Shown: positions 30,886 through 40,520, counted from the first letter of the stretch. The stretch: 64,000 nt of DNA from Minisyncoccota bacterium (GCA_028711505.1 JAQTSC010000002.1:11936-75935); one strand, 5' to 3'. Program-made: numbers and translations. The notes: generated by a model from the sequence alone, not told the origin.

Positions 30886-31464
30886 TTATTCCGCCAGAGG
30901 AGTAAGAATATCGACTCCTCCTCCGCTCTTTGCCAATACTATATTATAAGTTATATCCGAACCGCTTCCCGCCCACAGTGTTATGGAGAAACTGGAACCA
31001 AAGGGGTCTTCCGAATTGCCGTCAAAAAAAGTAGTCGGACGCGGCGGCTTAAAAAAAATATCAAAAGAAGAGGGCGGGTACTGATAAGAAATCCCCGAAG
31101 GCAAATAAACAGTTTCTAAAATATAATCCCCCGCGTCATATATGTTATTGCTGGTCGCGCATTCGGGAGACACGTCGGCATAAACAGAATAATAATCTCC
31201 CGACGAAGGAAAGATTATTCCGTATCCGCAATATTGTTCTTTTACGTCAATCCCGCTTATGGCCAAATTTTGAGCCCTTCTTATATCCGAAGCCAAACGC
31301 TGCGCAGCTTGGCTTAAATTGTATTTTTTTTCTCCTTCTTTATAATTAGCCGCGATGATTGCCGTTATTATAGTTATGACAGAAACCACGACCATAAGCT
31401 CAATAAGAGTAAACCCGATCCTCAGAAATCCGGCTTTTTTGTTTTTTGGCAACAGACTCATCAT
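30886..31464 (-). CDS. type IV pilin-like minor pilin
   Basis: Prepilin motif 'KKAGFLRIGFTLIELMVVVSVITIITAIIAA' (G|FTLIE). Confidence 0.7.
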   Translation of the reverse strand: MMSLLPKNKKAGFLRIGFTLIELMVVVSVITIITAIIAANYKEGEKKYNLSQAAQRLASDIRRAQNLAISGIDVKEQYCGYGIIFPSSGDYYSVYADVSPECATSNNIYDAGDYILETVYLPSGISYQYPPSSFDIFFKPPRPTTFFDGNSEDPFGSSFSITLWAGSGSDITYNIVLAKSGGGVDILTPLAE

Positions 31465-31495
31465 TGATTTAATTATACATCATCATAACAAAGTG

Positions 31496-31534
31496 CAAAA
31501 AACATTCCGGCCGCCGATAAGCGCAGCCGGAATG
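31496..31534 (-). terminator. intrinsic terminator after large adhesin-like gene copy B (minus strand)
   Basis: Hairpin CATTCCGGCtgcgcttatcggcgGCCGGAATG followed by TTTTTTG on the minus strand. Part of the duplicated unit. Confidence 0.5.
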
Positions 31535-32155
31535 AAAGAATATCAAGCGTCGGTTGAATTGATTTAAAAAGGAAGTATTTCTTTCCAATTAGGAAGCGGC
31601 CATTTTACTTCCACTGTGCTTAAAAGCGTGCATGATTTTCCGTTTGAATCGGTGATTCTTAAGGAGACTTGTTTTGAGCCTTGGCTTAAAAATGTTGTCA
31701 TCGGGCTTTGTTCTACCGAAGTTCCGGGGGAACCGTCTTGGAATTCCCATACGCGTTCAGTGGTGGAAGCTCCTTCGGTGACCGTTGAACTGTCCGTGAA
31801 TTGAACGACATCGTCTTCGTTGGGCTTGAAAGGAAGCCATGTGTAGACAACGGTCGGGTATTCGACGTAATCCGTGGTAAAAGGAGTTCCGACAATCCAA
31901 TCAGAATGGCCGTTATCGTCATTGTAGACTTTGACGCGCCAATTATACGTTTCTCCGTAGACGAGTTTGTCTGATTCGGGGACATCAATGACGAGAACCT
32001 GCTGTGTATTTATCGTGGGGCTTGGATATGAAAGTCCCGATTGGTTTCTGTCCACTTCAGGCGATAGAAAATCGCTGTTGTTGTCTACCTGCATTTGGAA
32101 TCTTGATTCCGCTTTTTCAAGAGGGTCGGAATACGTCCACGAGAAGGTATGGCGG
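31499..32155. repeat. near-identical direct repeat, copy B (3' end of adhesin gene plus terminator; period 2040 bp)
   Basis: Six-frame ORFs 31616..31804 / 33656..33844 and 31713..31988 / 33753..34028 translate identically. Boundaries approximate. Confidence 0.8.
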
Positions 32156-33522
32156 GCTATATTGCAATATGTGTCAGGACCCGGTTCTGATACAGAGAGG
32201 TCAGTAGCTTCCGGATCTCCGCTTGGAGGCACAAAAGAAGTATTAACCTGATATCCCGAGCCGTTGAAATTCACCCATCCGACGACATCTCCTCCCCATG
32301 CCCAGCCTGACCAATTTCCCGAAGTGTCCATAGTGGCGCCGTAGGCGCCGGGATTCTCTCCTTCATCATATGCCGCAGCCGACGGAGTAAAATTTGAAGT
32401 CCAGCGGGCGATGTCTTTGGAAATTCTAAGTTCGTCAATATAACCATTCACTCCCATATCTCCATTCCAATGCGCTCCGACTCTTAAATCATAATTGCCC
32501 GCGTTTATATTAGTTATAGAAGCATCGGTATAATCAGCGCCCAGCTGAACGCCGTTTACATACATGCGAATCTTTGTTCCGTTTCTCACAAGCGCCAAAT
32601 GATACCAAGTGTGAAGCTGCGCGCTGGTCCAATCTCTCGACATTAAAATTACACTTCCGCTTTTATCGTAAGTGAAGTATAGCGTTCCGTCAGCGTGCCT
32701 CCATAAATTCCAGCCATCCGTGTCTGCCGTTCCCCTGCCTCCTCTTCCGACAAAATTTTGATGAGTATTTATTGAATTTAGATACACCCAAAAATCAACG
32801 GTAAAGTCTCCGCTAAAATCCCAATCGGAACTGTTGGGAGTAGAAAGATAATCTCCGCTGCCGTCAAAAGCGGCGCTGTATCCTCCGAATTTGCTCTGGC
32901 TGGAACTTCTCGCGACATTTCCGTTTGGCGTCATCACATGGGTGAAGGCCGAACTATTCGTCAACCCCATATCATCCATATGCAAAAGCAATTTCGCATA
33001 GCTGTCATTACCTCCAATGCCTCCGCCTCCTGCGGAAGGGTCTCTTAAACTAATCCATCCGTCCCAGCCTCCGCCGTAAGAAAGAGCTCTCGCCCAGCCT
33101 TCTATGGAAAGATTCTCATCTCCTATATCGGCCGGAGAATCAACTCTGGCATCGCAAACGCCCGATGGACAGCCTGAGAGATCAGCCGCGTTAAAAGTTA
33201 TCCATCCGATATTTTCGGACCAGGCAAAACCGGAAAAAATACCAGTGTCCAAATTAAGATTCACTCCGTAGCTGGAGGTTCCGCCTCCGGTCAAATTGTT
33301 AAAACTTATCCATCCGATATTTTCGGACCAGGCGAAACCGGTGGTATTTTGCGCGCTTCCGGCTTCTGCAGGCTCCCAATTCCGCAAAAACATCACGGCG
33401 GAAAAAATAAAAACAACGGAGATTAAAACATTTATTAAAAAACCTAATTTTTCGGATGCCGATTTTTTTATTATGGAAAGATTCATTGTCTTTATTTTAC
33501 GCCAGAAAACGATCAACGGCAA
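31564..33522 (-). CDS. large secreted/anchored adhesin-like protein with repeated 'AWSENIGWISFN' motifs, LamG/ConA-like lectin domain insertion, and C-terminal PKD-like domain (copy B)
   Basis: N-terminal signal-anchor. Tandem 'GFAWSENIGWI(S/T)FN' repeats. Central ~230 aa with a LamG-like pattern (DFTVDFWV...WYHLALVRNG...MYVNGV...GYIDELRI). C-terminal 'WEFQDGSPGT...' PKD-like beta-sandwich. Confidence 0.55.
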   Translation of the reverse strand: MPLIVFWRKIKTMNLSIIKKSASEKLGFLINVLISVVFIFSAVMFLRNWEPAEAGSAQNTTGFAWSENIGWISFNNLTGGGTSSYGVNLNLDTGIFSGFAWSENIGWITFNAADLSGCPSGVCDARVDSPADIGDENLSIEGWARALSYGGGWDGWISLRDPSAGGGGIGGNDSYAKLLLHMDDMGLTNSSAFTHVMTPNGNVARSSSQSKFGGYSAAFDGSGDYLSTPNSSDWDFSGDFTVDFWVYLNSINTHQNFVGRGGRGTADTDGWNLWRHADGTLYFTYDKSGSVILMSRDWTSAQLHTWYHLALVRNGTKIRMYVNGVQLGADYTDASITNINAGNYDLRVGAHWNGDMGVNGYIDELRISKDIARWTSNFTPSAAAYDEGENPGAYGATMDTSGNWSGWAWGGDVVGWVNFNGSGYQVNTSFVPPSGDPEATDLSVSEPGPDTYCNIARHTFSWTYSDPLEKAESRFQMQVDNNSDFLSPEVDRNQSGLSYPSPTINTQQVLVIDVPESDKLVYGETYNWRVKVYNDDNGHSDWIVGTPFTTDYVEYPTVVYTWLPFKPNEDDVVQFTDSSTVTEGASTTERVWEFQDGSPGTSVEQSPMTTFLSQGSKQVSLRITDSNGKSCTLLSTVEVKWPLPNWKEILPF

Positions 33523-33535
33523 ACCTGTTGTGGAT

Positions 33536-33574
33536 AATAAAACATTCCGACCGCCGATAAGCGCAGCCGGAATG
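33536..33574 (-). terminator. intrinsic terminator after adhesin-like gene copy A (duplicate of 31496..31534 with one stem mismatch)
   Basis: CATTCCGaCC...GGCCGGAATG hairpin plus a T-rich tract on the minus strand. Confidence 0.4.
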
Positions 33575-34195
33575 AAAGAATATCAAGCGTCGGTTGAATT
33601 GATTTAAAAAGGAAGTATTTCTTTCCAATTAGGAAGCGGCCATTTTACTTCCACTGTGCTTAAAAGCGTGCATGATTTTCCGTTTGAATCGGTGATTCTT
33701 AAGGAGACTTGTTTTGAGCCTTGGCTTAAAAATGTTGTCATCGGGCTTTGTTCTACCGAAGTTCCGGGGGAACCGTCTTGGAATTCCCATACGCGTTCAG
33801 TGGTGGAAGCTCCTTCGGTGACCGTTGAACTGTCCGTGAATTGAACGACATCGTCTTCGTTGGGCTTGAAAGGAAGCCATGTGTAGACAACGGTCGGGTA
33901 TTCGACGTAATCCGTGGTAAAAGGAGTTCCGACAATCCAATCAGAATGGCCGTTATCGTCATTGTAGACTTTGACGCGCCAATTATACGTTTCTCCGTAG
34001 ACGAGTTTGTCTGATTCGGGGACATCAATGACGAGAACCTGCTGTGTATTTATCGTGGGGCTTGGATATGAAAGTCCCGATTGGTTTCTGTCCACTTCAG
34101 GCGATAGAAAATCGCTGTTGTTGTCTACCTGCATTTGGAATCTTGATTCCGCTTTTTCAAGAGGGTCGGAATACGTCCACGAGAAGGTATGGCGG
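33539..34195. repeat. near-identical direct repeat, copy A
   Basis: See copy B. The 5' ends of the two genes (about 33060-33540 vs 34420-34900) are also similar but more diverged. Confidence 0.8.
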
Positions 34196-34878
34196 GCGGT
34201 ATTGCAGTACGTATCGGAGCTTGGCGAGGAAACCGTAAGATCGATAGCTTTCGGATTGATATCCACCGGCACAAAAGAAGTATTAACCTGATATCCCGAG
34301 CCGTTGAAATTCACCCACCCGACGACATCTCCTCCCCATGCCCAGCCTGACCAATTTCCCGAAGTGTCCATAGTGGTGCCGTAGGCCTCTCCGCTATCTT
34401 TCAAACTAATCCATCCGTCCCAGCCTCCGCCGTAAGAAAGAGCTTTCGCCCAGCCTTCTATGGCAACTGTTTCCTTTCCTATTTTATTTGGCAAAGCGAC
34501 TCTGGCATCGCAAACGCCCGATGGACAGCCTGCGAGATCAGCCGCGTTAAAACTTATCCATCCGATATTTTCGGACCAGGCAAAACCGGAAAAAATACCG
34601 GTGTCCAAATTAAGATTCACTCCGTAATCGGAAGTGCCGCCTCCGGTCAAATTATTAAAACTTATCCATCCGATATTTTCGGACCAAGCGAAACCGGTGG
34701 TATTTTGCATATTTCCAGCGTTTACGGATTTCGAATTTAGAAGAAACATCGCTCCCGAAAAAATAATCGCAACGGAGATTAAAACATTTATTGAAAAACT
34801 AAATTTTTCGGATGCCGATTTTTTTATTATGGAAAGATTCATTGTCTTTATTTTACGCCAGAAAACGGTCAACGGCAA
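33604..34878 (-). CDS. adhesin-like paralog lacking the LamG-like insertion (copy A)
   Basis: The first ~150 aa and the C-terminal ~230 aa are near-identical to 31564..33522. The lectin-like middle region is absent. Confidence 0.55.
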   Translation of the reverse strand: MPLTVFWRKIKTMNLSIIKKSASEKFSFSINVLISVAIIFSGAMFLLNSKSVNAGNMQNTTGFAWSENIGWISFNNLTGGGTSDYGVNLNLDTGIFSGFAWSENIGWISFNAADLAGCPSGVCDARVALPNKIGKETVAIEGWAKALSYGGGWDGWISLKDSGEAYGTTMDTSGNWSGWAWGGDVVGWVNFNGSGYQVNTSFVPVDINPKAIDLTVSSPSSDTYCNTARHTFSWTYSDPLEKAESRFQMQVDNNSDFLSPEVDRNQSGLSYPSPTINTQQVLVIDVPESDKLVYGETYNWRVKVYNDDNGHSDWIVGTPFTTDYVEYPTVVYTWLPFKPNEDDVVQFTDSSTVTEGASTTERVWEFQDGSPGTSVEQSPMTTFLSQGSKQVSLRITDSNGKSCTLLSTVEVKWPLPNWKEILPF

Positions 34879-34950
34879 ACCTGTTGTGGATAATAAAAAT
34901 ACCAGTTTTTATTATTGTTTCCCGGGAAGAATCGCTATAATATTAAATAC

Positions 34951-35460
34951 ATGCAAACCGCGACGGACAACGGGCAAAAAGAAGAAAAACAGCCACAAGT
35001 TAAACTACCAATAGCATGGTCTGCCCTTGAGTACAGATACGTACCCAAAGGACCAAACTGGTTTTGGTTTTTAGGAAGCGGAACTTTGGCTTTAGTGATT
35101 ACGGCAATTTTTCTTAAAAATTTTCTTTTAGCGGTATTCGCGGTTATCGCCGCGCTGGCAATAGCCCTTCAGGGGATCAGAAAGCCTAAAAAAATCAGCA
35201 TATCAGTGGAAGAAAAAGGAGTAAGAGTAGAAAGCAAATTCTACGAATACGAGAAAATAAAATCTTTTTGGCTGGAAACGGAAAGGCCGGAGAAAAAAGA
35301 ACTGGTATTTGAATTTAAAGGAAAAATGGTTAGATATATAAAAGTACCCTTGGGAAACGCCAACCCGGCAGACCTTAAATCCGCTTTAATAAAATTACTG
35401 CAGGAAAAAAAATACGAACAGCCTTTTTTGGAAACAATCACGGATATCTTAGGGTTGTAA
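34951..35460 (+). CDS. hypothetical membrane protein (two TM, C-terminal soluble domain); start uncertain (ORF opens at 34915 with TTG)
   Basis: ORF divergent from the adhesin operon. No recognised motif. Confidence 0.4.
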   Translation: MQTATDNGQKEEKQPQVKLPIAWSALEYRYVPKGPNWFWFLGSGTLALVITAIFLKNFLLAVFAVIAALAIALQGIRKPKKISISVEEKGVRVESKFYEYEKIKSFWLETERPEKKELVFEFKGKMVRYIKVPLGNANPADLKSALIKLLQEKKYEQPFLETITDILGL

Positions 35461-35500
35461 TATGCCTAATTAAAATTACGGACAGGGCATTTTATAAAAT

Positions 35501-35572
35501 GCGCCCATAGCTCAACGGATAGAGCGCAAGCTTGCGGAGCTTGAAATCGAGGTTCGATTCCTCGTGGGCGCA
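35501..35572 (+). tRNA. tRNA-Arg with unusual GCG anticodon (by manual fold)
   Basis: GCGCCCA acceptor, D arm GCTC/GAGC, anticodon stem CAAGC/GCTTG with loop TTGCGGA, T arm CGAGG-TTCGATT-CCTCG. Confidence 0.7.
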
Positions 35573-35574
35573 AA

Positions 35575-36693
35575 ATGAAACCGAAAATTCTTATTTTTTC
35601 TCTGGCCTATTCTCCTCTTTGGGGCGGAGCTGAAATTGCCGTCAAAGAAATTACTGACCGGATTGCGGATGCGGAATTTTTTATGATTACCAAAAAATTC
35701 AACACCGGAGACGAAAAAAAAGAGCGAATCGGAAACATAAATATTTTTAGAATAAATTCTTCAAAACTTCTCTTCCCTTTTAAAGCATATCTTGCCGCAA
35801 GAAAACTTCACAAAAAAGAAAATTTTTCCGCCGTATGGTCCATCATGGCAAACCGCGCCGGCTTTGCCGCGCTCTTTTTCAAATTCAATTTTCGCGAGAT
35901 AAAATTTCTTCTTACGTTGCAGGAAGGAGACCCCGCTGAATACATAAAAAAACGCGCGGGCTTTCTCTGGATTATCATAAAGCCGCTTTTTAAAAAGATT
36001 TTTACCGAAGCGGATTACATACAAGCCATAAGCCGATACCTGGCCGATTGGGCGGAAAAAATGAATGCAAAATGTCCGATTGAAATCGTCCCGAACGGAG
36101 TCGACCTTTCAAAGGCTAAACCGAAAGCAGAGAAGCGAAAAGCGGACGAAACAATAATTATCACCACTTCCCGGCTGGTGCCGAAAAATGGCATCGCCGA
36201 TTTAATTGATGCCGCAAAGATTTTAACTGAAGAAGAATGTAAGATTGAACTCCAGATTTTGGGCGACGGTCCCGAAAAAAAAGCTTGCGAATTGAGGATT
36301 GCGAATTACGGGTTGCGAGACAAGATAAATTTATTAGGGCATGTCCCGCAGGAACAGATACCTGAATATCTGGCAGCCGCCGATATTTTTTGCCGGCCTT
36401 CTCTTTCCGAAGGGCTTGGCAATTCTTTTCTTGAAGCAATGGCGGCGGGACTTCCGGTTGTAGGGACTCCGGTGGGCGGAATACCGGATTTCATCAGCGA
36501 CGGAGAAACGGGACTTTTTGCCGAACCAGGCAATCCAAAAAGCATCGCCGAAAAAATAAAGATACTAATCAATGACCCTGCCTTAACTCAAAAACTTTCA
36601 GAAAACGGAAAAAAGCTTGTTTTTGAAAAATACGGGTGGAACGGAATTTCTCAAAAAATGTCAAAAATTTTATGGAACTTAATTCACTCCTGA
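35575..36693 (+). CDS. glycosyltransferase family 1 (GT4-like)
   Basis: GT-B fold with the C-terminal 'E...GLGNSFLEAMAAGLPVVGT' EX7E-type motif. Confidence 0.8.
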   Translation: MKPKILIFSLAYSPLWGGAEIAVKEITDRIADAEFFMITKKFNTGDEKKERIGNINIFRINSSKLLFPFKAYLAARKLHKKENFSAVWSIMANRAGFAALFFKFNFREIKFLLTLQEGDPAEYIKKRAGFLWIIIKPLFKKIFTEADYIQAISRYLADWAEKMNAKCPIEIVPNGVDLSKAKPKAEKRKADETIIITTSRLVPKNGIADLIDAAKILTEEECKIELQILGDGPEKKACELRIANYGLRDKINLLGHVPQEQIPEYLAAADIFCRPSLSEGLGNSFLEAMAAGLPVVGTPVGGIPDFISDGETGLFAEPGNPKSIAEKIKILINDPALTQKLSENGKKLVFEKYGWNGISQKMSKILWNLIHS

Positions 36694-38861
36694 CAGAACA
36701 CTTTCGTCTCACCGAATACCAAAAAAAGGCGCTGAAAAAACTCGGGATAAAAACCGCGAAAGAACTGCTTTGGCACTTCCCTTCAAGATACGAAGAGATG
36801 GGGGAGAAAAAAACAATCGCGGATCTTGAAGAAGGAGTCCGCGCCACCATAATCGGCAGAATTTCCAAAATAGATTTTGAAAAAACGTGGAAAAAGAAGA
36901 TAAACATAGCCCACGCGTCTCTTGATGACGGCACGGGAATGGTAAAGCTTGTCTGGTTCCACCAACCGTTTGTGGCGAATCTCTTAAAAGAAGGCGACAG
37001 TGTGCAAATAAGCGGAAAGGTCCAAAAAAACGAGAAGGCCATGCCTGACGGCAGGCAGGGTTTTTATTTCGCCAATCCTGAATACGAAAAAGCGGAAAAC
37101 AACCAGACCTCTTTTGACGCCAAAAACGGCAAAGCCGGGCTTTTGGCGATTTATCCCGAAACAAGAGGTCTTTCTTCAAAATGGTTCCGGATAAAAATTC
37201 AAACCGCGTTAAAAAAAATAGACATAAAAAGTCTACCCGATCCTCTTGAGAAAGAAATCCTTAACAAATATCATCTTCCTTCCTTAAAAGACGCCCTTGT
37301 TTACATTCACACCCCGAAAGACAGAAAAAACGCCGAAGCCGCCAGAAAAAGATTTTCCTTTGAAGAAATTTTCTTTATACAAATATCCAGACAGCAAAAA
37401 AGGAAATTGTGCGAAAAACTCCCGTCATTTGAGGCAAAAGCCGGGAAAAACGAAACAGACTCTTTTGTAAAAAATTTTTCTTTTCCTCTCACAAAATCCC
37501 AGCAAAAAGCCGCGGAAAACATCATTAATGATTTCAAAAAAGGAACGCCCATGGCGCGTCTGCTCGAGGGAGACGTCGGCTCGGGAAAAACTGCCGTCGC
37601 AGCGATAGCAACCTACATAATATTTAAAAACAAACTTCAAACCGCCTACATGGCGCCGACGGAAATTCTGGCGCGCCAGATTTTTGAATCGTTTATAAAA
37701 TATTTCTCAAACACGGGAGCGAAAATAGGGCTCCTGACTTCGTCGGACTGCAGGAAGTTCCCTTCAAAAATACAAACGGAAACTTCGGCAAAAATACCGA
37801 AATCAAAAATGTTCAAATGGATTTCCGAAGGAGAACTGGACATTATCATAGGAACTCACTCGCTTATCCAGGACAAGGTGAAATTTTCGATTCTGGAGAA
37901 AGAAATCTACAAAGATAAAAAGCTTGCCCTGGTAATAATAGACGAGCAGCACCGCTTCGGCACAAACCAGCGCGCCGCTTTGATAAACAAAAAAAACGAA
38001 AGCGACAAAAACAGAATTCCTCATTTTCTCTCAATGACAGCCACCCCTATTCCCCGCACATTAGCGCTCACTGTTTATGGCGACCTTGATTTAACGCTCT
38101 TGGACGAAATGCCTCCCGGCAGAAAAAAAATAGAAACGGAAATAGTCGCGCCAAACGAAAGAGAAAACGCTTATGAAAAAATCCGGGAAGAAATTAAAAA
38201 GGGGCGGCAGGCGTATGTCATATGCCCGAGGATAGAACCTTCCGAAGAAAAAACGGCAAGCCTCATTTCGCTGAATATGAGGGCGGTAAAAGACGAATAC
38301 GAAAAACTTTCCGAAAAAATTTTCCCGGAATTCATAGTGGGCATGCTCCATGGAAAAATGCAGCCCAAAGAAAAAGAAGAGGTCATGGAAGCTTTTGAGA
38401 AAGGAGAAATAAATATTCTAGTGGCGACGTCGGTAATAGAAGTCGGAGTAAACGTGCCGAACGCCACGGTAATAATAATAGAAGGCGCGGAACGTTTTGG
38501 CTTAGCTCAGCTTCACCAATTGCGAGGGCGCGTCCTAAGAAGCACCTACCAACCCTACTGTTTTGTCTTCACGGAATCGGGAACGCAAAAAACTTTGGCG
38601 CGGCTTAAGGCGCTTAAAACCGCGAAAAACGGATTTGAACTGGCGGAATATGATTTGGAATTCCGAGGTCCGGGAGAATTATCGGGCAAAAAACAATGGG
38701 GTATTTCCGATGTCGGAATGGAAGCGCTCAAAAATATAAAAATGGTAGAGGCGGCGAGGGAGGAAGCAAAAAATTTATTATCCAGCGACTCCGACCTAAA
38801 AAAATGCCCGCTCATTAAAGAGCGGCTTGAACAAGAAAATCTCAATATACATTTTGAATAA
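36636..38861 (+). CDS. recG: ATP-dependent DNA helicase RecG (start possibly at Met 36672)
   Basis: N-terminal wedge domain, helicase motif I 'GDVGSGKTAVA', DEQH box 'IIDEQHRFG', motif VI 'QLHQLRGRVLR'. Confidence 0.9.
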   Translation: MERNFSKNVKNFMELNSLLTEHFRLTEYQKKALKKLGIKTAKELLWHFPSRYEEMGEKKTIADLEEGVRATIIGRISKIDFEKTWKKKINIAHASLDDGTGMVKLVWFHQPFVANLLKEGDSVQISGKVQKNEKAMPDGRQGFYFANPEYEKAENNQTSFDAKNGKAGLLAIYPETRGLSSKWFRIKIQTALKKIDIKSLPDPLEKEILNKYHLPSLKDALVYIHTPKDRKNAEAARKRFSFEEIFFIQISRQQKRKLCEKLPSFEAKAGKNETDSFVKNFSFPLTKSQQKAAENIINDFKKGTPMARLLEGDVGSGKTAVAAIATYIIFKNKLQTAYMAPTEILARQIFESFIKYFSNTGAKIGLLTSSDCRKFPSKIQTETSAKIPKSKMFKWISEGELDIIIGTHSLIQDKVKFSILEKEIYKDKKLALVIIDEQHRFGTNQRAALINKKNESDKNRIPHFLSMTATPIPRTLALTVYGDLDLTLLDEMPPGRKKIETEIVAPNERENAYEKIREEIKKGRQAYVICPRIEPSEEKTASLISLNMRAVKDEYEKLSEKIFPEFIVGMLHGKMQPKEKEEVMEAFEKGEINILVATSVIEVGVNVPNATVIIIEGAERFGLAQLHQLRGRVLRSTYQPYCFVFTESGTQKTLARLKALKTAKNGFELAEYDLEFRGPGELSGKKQWGISDVGMEALKNIKMVEAAREEAKNLLSSDSDLKKCPLIKERLEQENLNIHFE

Positions 38862-38877
38862 TCCGATAGAAAGGACC

Positions 38878-40422
38878 TTACTTCCTATATTTAGGTGTTA
38901 CCCAAAAACCCATATATTTCCCTAAAAGAAGACGTGTTTGGGAATCAACTCCGGGGATCGCTCCGAAAACTATTATCGTAAAAGGGATAAGCACCCACTG
39001 AAAAAACATATAAACAACATTGTAGAATTTTTTGCCATCGGGCCGCTTTGGTAAAAGCTTGAAAGAAAGAATCGCCGAACCGACAAGCCCGAGCATAGCT
39101 ATTGTCATAAGCAATCTTGTTATGCGCGGAAGATTGTAGGAAAGAAGCATATTATTGAATTCCTGTCCGCCCAAAGCCAGAGGAAGCCACCCAAGCATAA
39201 AGATAAGCAGGGGGTTCGTGGACAAAGACCAAAAGCCTTCAATCTGCACAAACGCAAGGCGTAATTTTTGCGCAAGAGGAATTGACTTGTTTTTCAAAAA
39301 ACCGAAAAGGATATACGGTACGTTTTCAACGCCCCAGGTCCAACGCCGCTGCTGTTTGTAGACATTCAAAGACGTACGCCAAAAACTTGGAGCCAAATTG
39401 GCGTCCATTGAAACCGGATAAGAAAGAGGAACCACGCGATAATCGCCGTCATAAAACAAAAGAAAATTCCAGAAGATCCGCGAGTCCTCGGAAACCATAT
39501 TTTTCTGCCAATACCCTATTTCGTAAAGCGCCTTGAAAGGAATCGAATGAGACGAAAAAGTGGCAAGCCTTTCCGGACGTTCCTGCTGTATCATCTGCCA
39601 AAAAGTTCCGGAAGTGGCGACGACACGGGAAAGAGCCGGCGATTGCCAGATATTATTATTATAAAGAGGCACCGGCTGGTAAGAACTTTTATACGGCTTT
39701 TCAGCGGTAAGAAAATGCCAGGTCAGACATAAAAAATATTTCGGGTAAACGCGCGTGTCTATGTCAAAAGCCGATACTAAAACATCTTCGTAAGGTATAT
39801 TATTTTTGTCCAAAATTTCTTTTCTTGCTTCTTCCGCGGCAAAGGCGATATTTGAACCCTTCCCCGCCATTTCTCCCGGAATATTTTTCGGATGTTTCGT
39901 TATCAAAAAATGAGCGAATTTATCTCCGTATTTTTCAAAAATTTTTTTCGCGTTTTCCGCGGCAGTCGCGCCCGCTCTTTCTTCGCTCGCCAGAATTATT
40001 ATCATTTTTTCCTTGGGCCAGTCGGAATTCAAAATTGAAACAACCGCGTCTTCTATTACTCCGAAATCTTCTTTGTAAAAAGGCAAAAGCACCATCTGAT
40101 AAAGATGCTGCCATTTCATATTCATAAGCCGCTTATGCCAATCCGTTTCAATATTGGATTTCATCCTTTGCCAGTTAGCGCGCAGATGCAATGAAAGATA
40201 CGCGGTTTTTATCAGCCAATAGACGTCAAAAACGATTATAAAAAGCGCGACCCACACCGGCTTAAACCACGAAAGAAAGACAACGCCGATTATGGTGAAC
40301 CACATCAAAAAACCAGGAAGCATTTCCAGAATTCTGTATATTATTCTGTCGTTTCCTGAAAGTTCCGAAGCGCGGCCGATTTTAAGATACGGCCTTTTAT
40401 CCAAAACACCGGCATTCATCAT
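38878..40422 (-). CDS. membrane glycosyltransferase, GT2-like with 'QQRRW' motif (cellulose-synthase-like processive GT)
   Basis: N-terminal TMs, a cytoplasmic GT-A-like domain, 'QQRRWTWG' (QxxRW), and C-terminal multi-TM. Confidence 0.55.
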   Translation of the reverse strand: MMNAGVLDKRPYLKIGRASELSGNDRIIYRILEMLPGFLMWFTIIGVVFLSWFKPVWVALFIIVFDVYWLIKTAYLSLHLRANWQRMKSNIETDWHKRLMNMKWQHLYQMVLLPFYKEDFGVIEDAVVSILNSDWPKEKMIIILASEERAGATAAENAKKIFEKYGDKFAHFLITKHPKNIPGEMAGKGSNIAFAAEEARKEILDKNNIPYEDVLVSAFDIDTRVYPKYFLCLTWHFLTAEKPYKSSYQPVPLYNNNIWQSPALSRVVATSGTFWQMIQQERPERLATFSSHSIPFKALYEIGYWQKNMVSEDSRIFWNFLLFYDGDYRVVPLSYPVSMDANLAPSFWRTSLNVYKQQRRWTWGVENVPYILFGFLKNKSIPLAQKLRLAFVQIEGFWSLSTNPLLIFMLGWLPLALGGQEFNNMLLSYNLPRITRLLMTIAMLGLVGSAILSFKLLPKRPDGKKFYNVVYMFFQWVLIPFTIIVFGAIPGVDSQTRLLLGKYMGFWVTPKYRK

Positions 40423-40520
40423 TTTAATGTATCAAAAAGCGCTGGCTTGAGGAAGATACCAGAGAACGAACGCCATAACCGCGGCTCCCAAAAGCGCGAC
40501 GAAAATAATCGATTTTTTCA

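Noticed and set aside
36709-37179. 156-aa and 157-aa (36569..37042) minus-strand ORFs.
   Set aside because: Antisense to the GT4 3' end and the recG 5' region. Arg/Phe-rich spurious translations.
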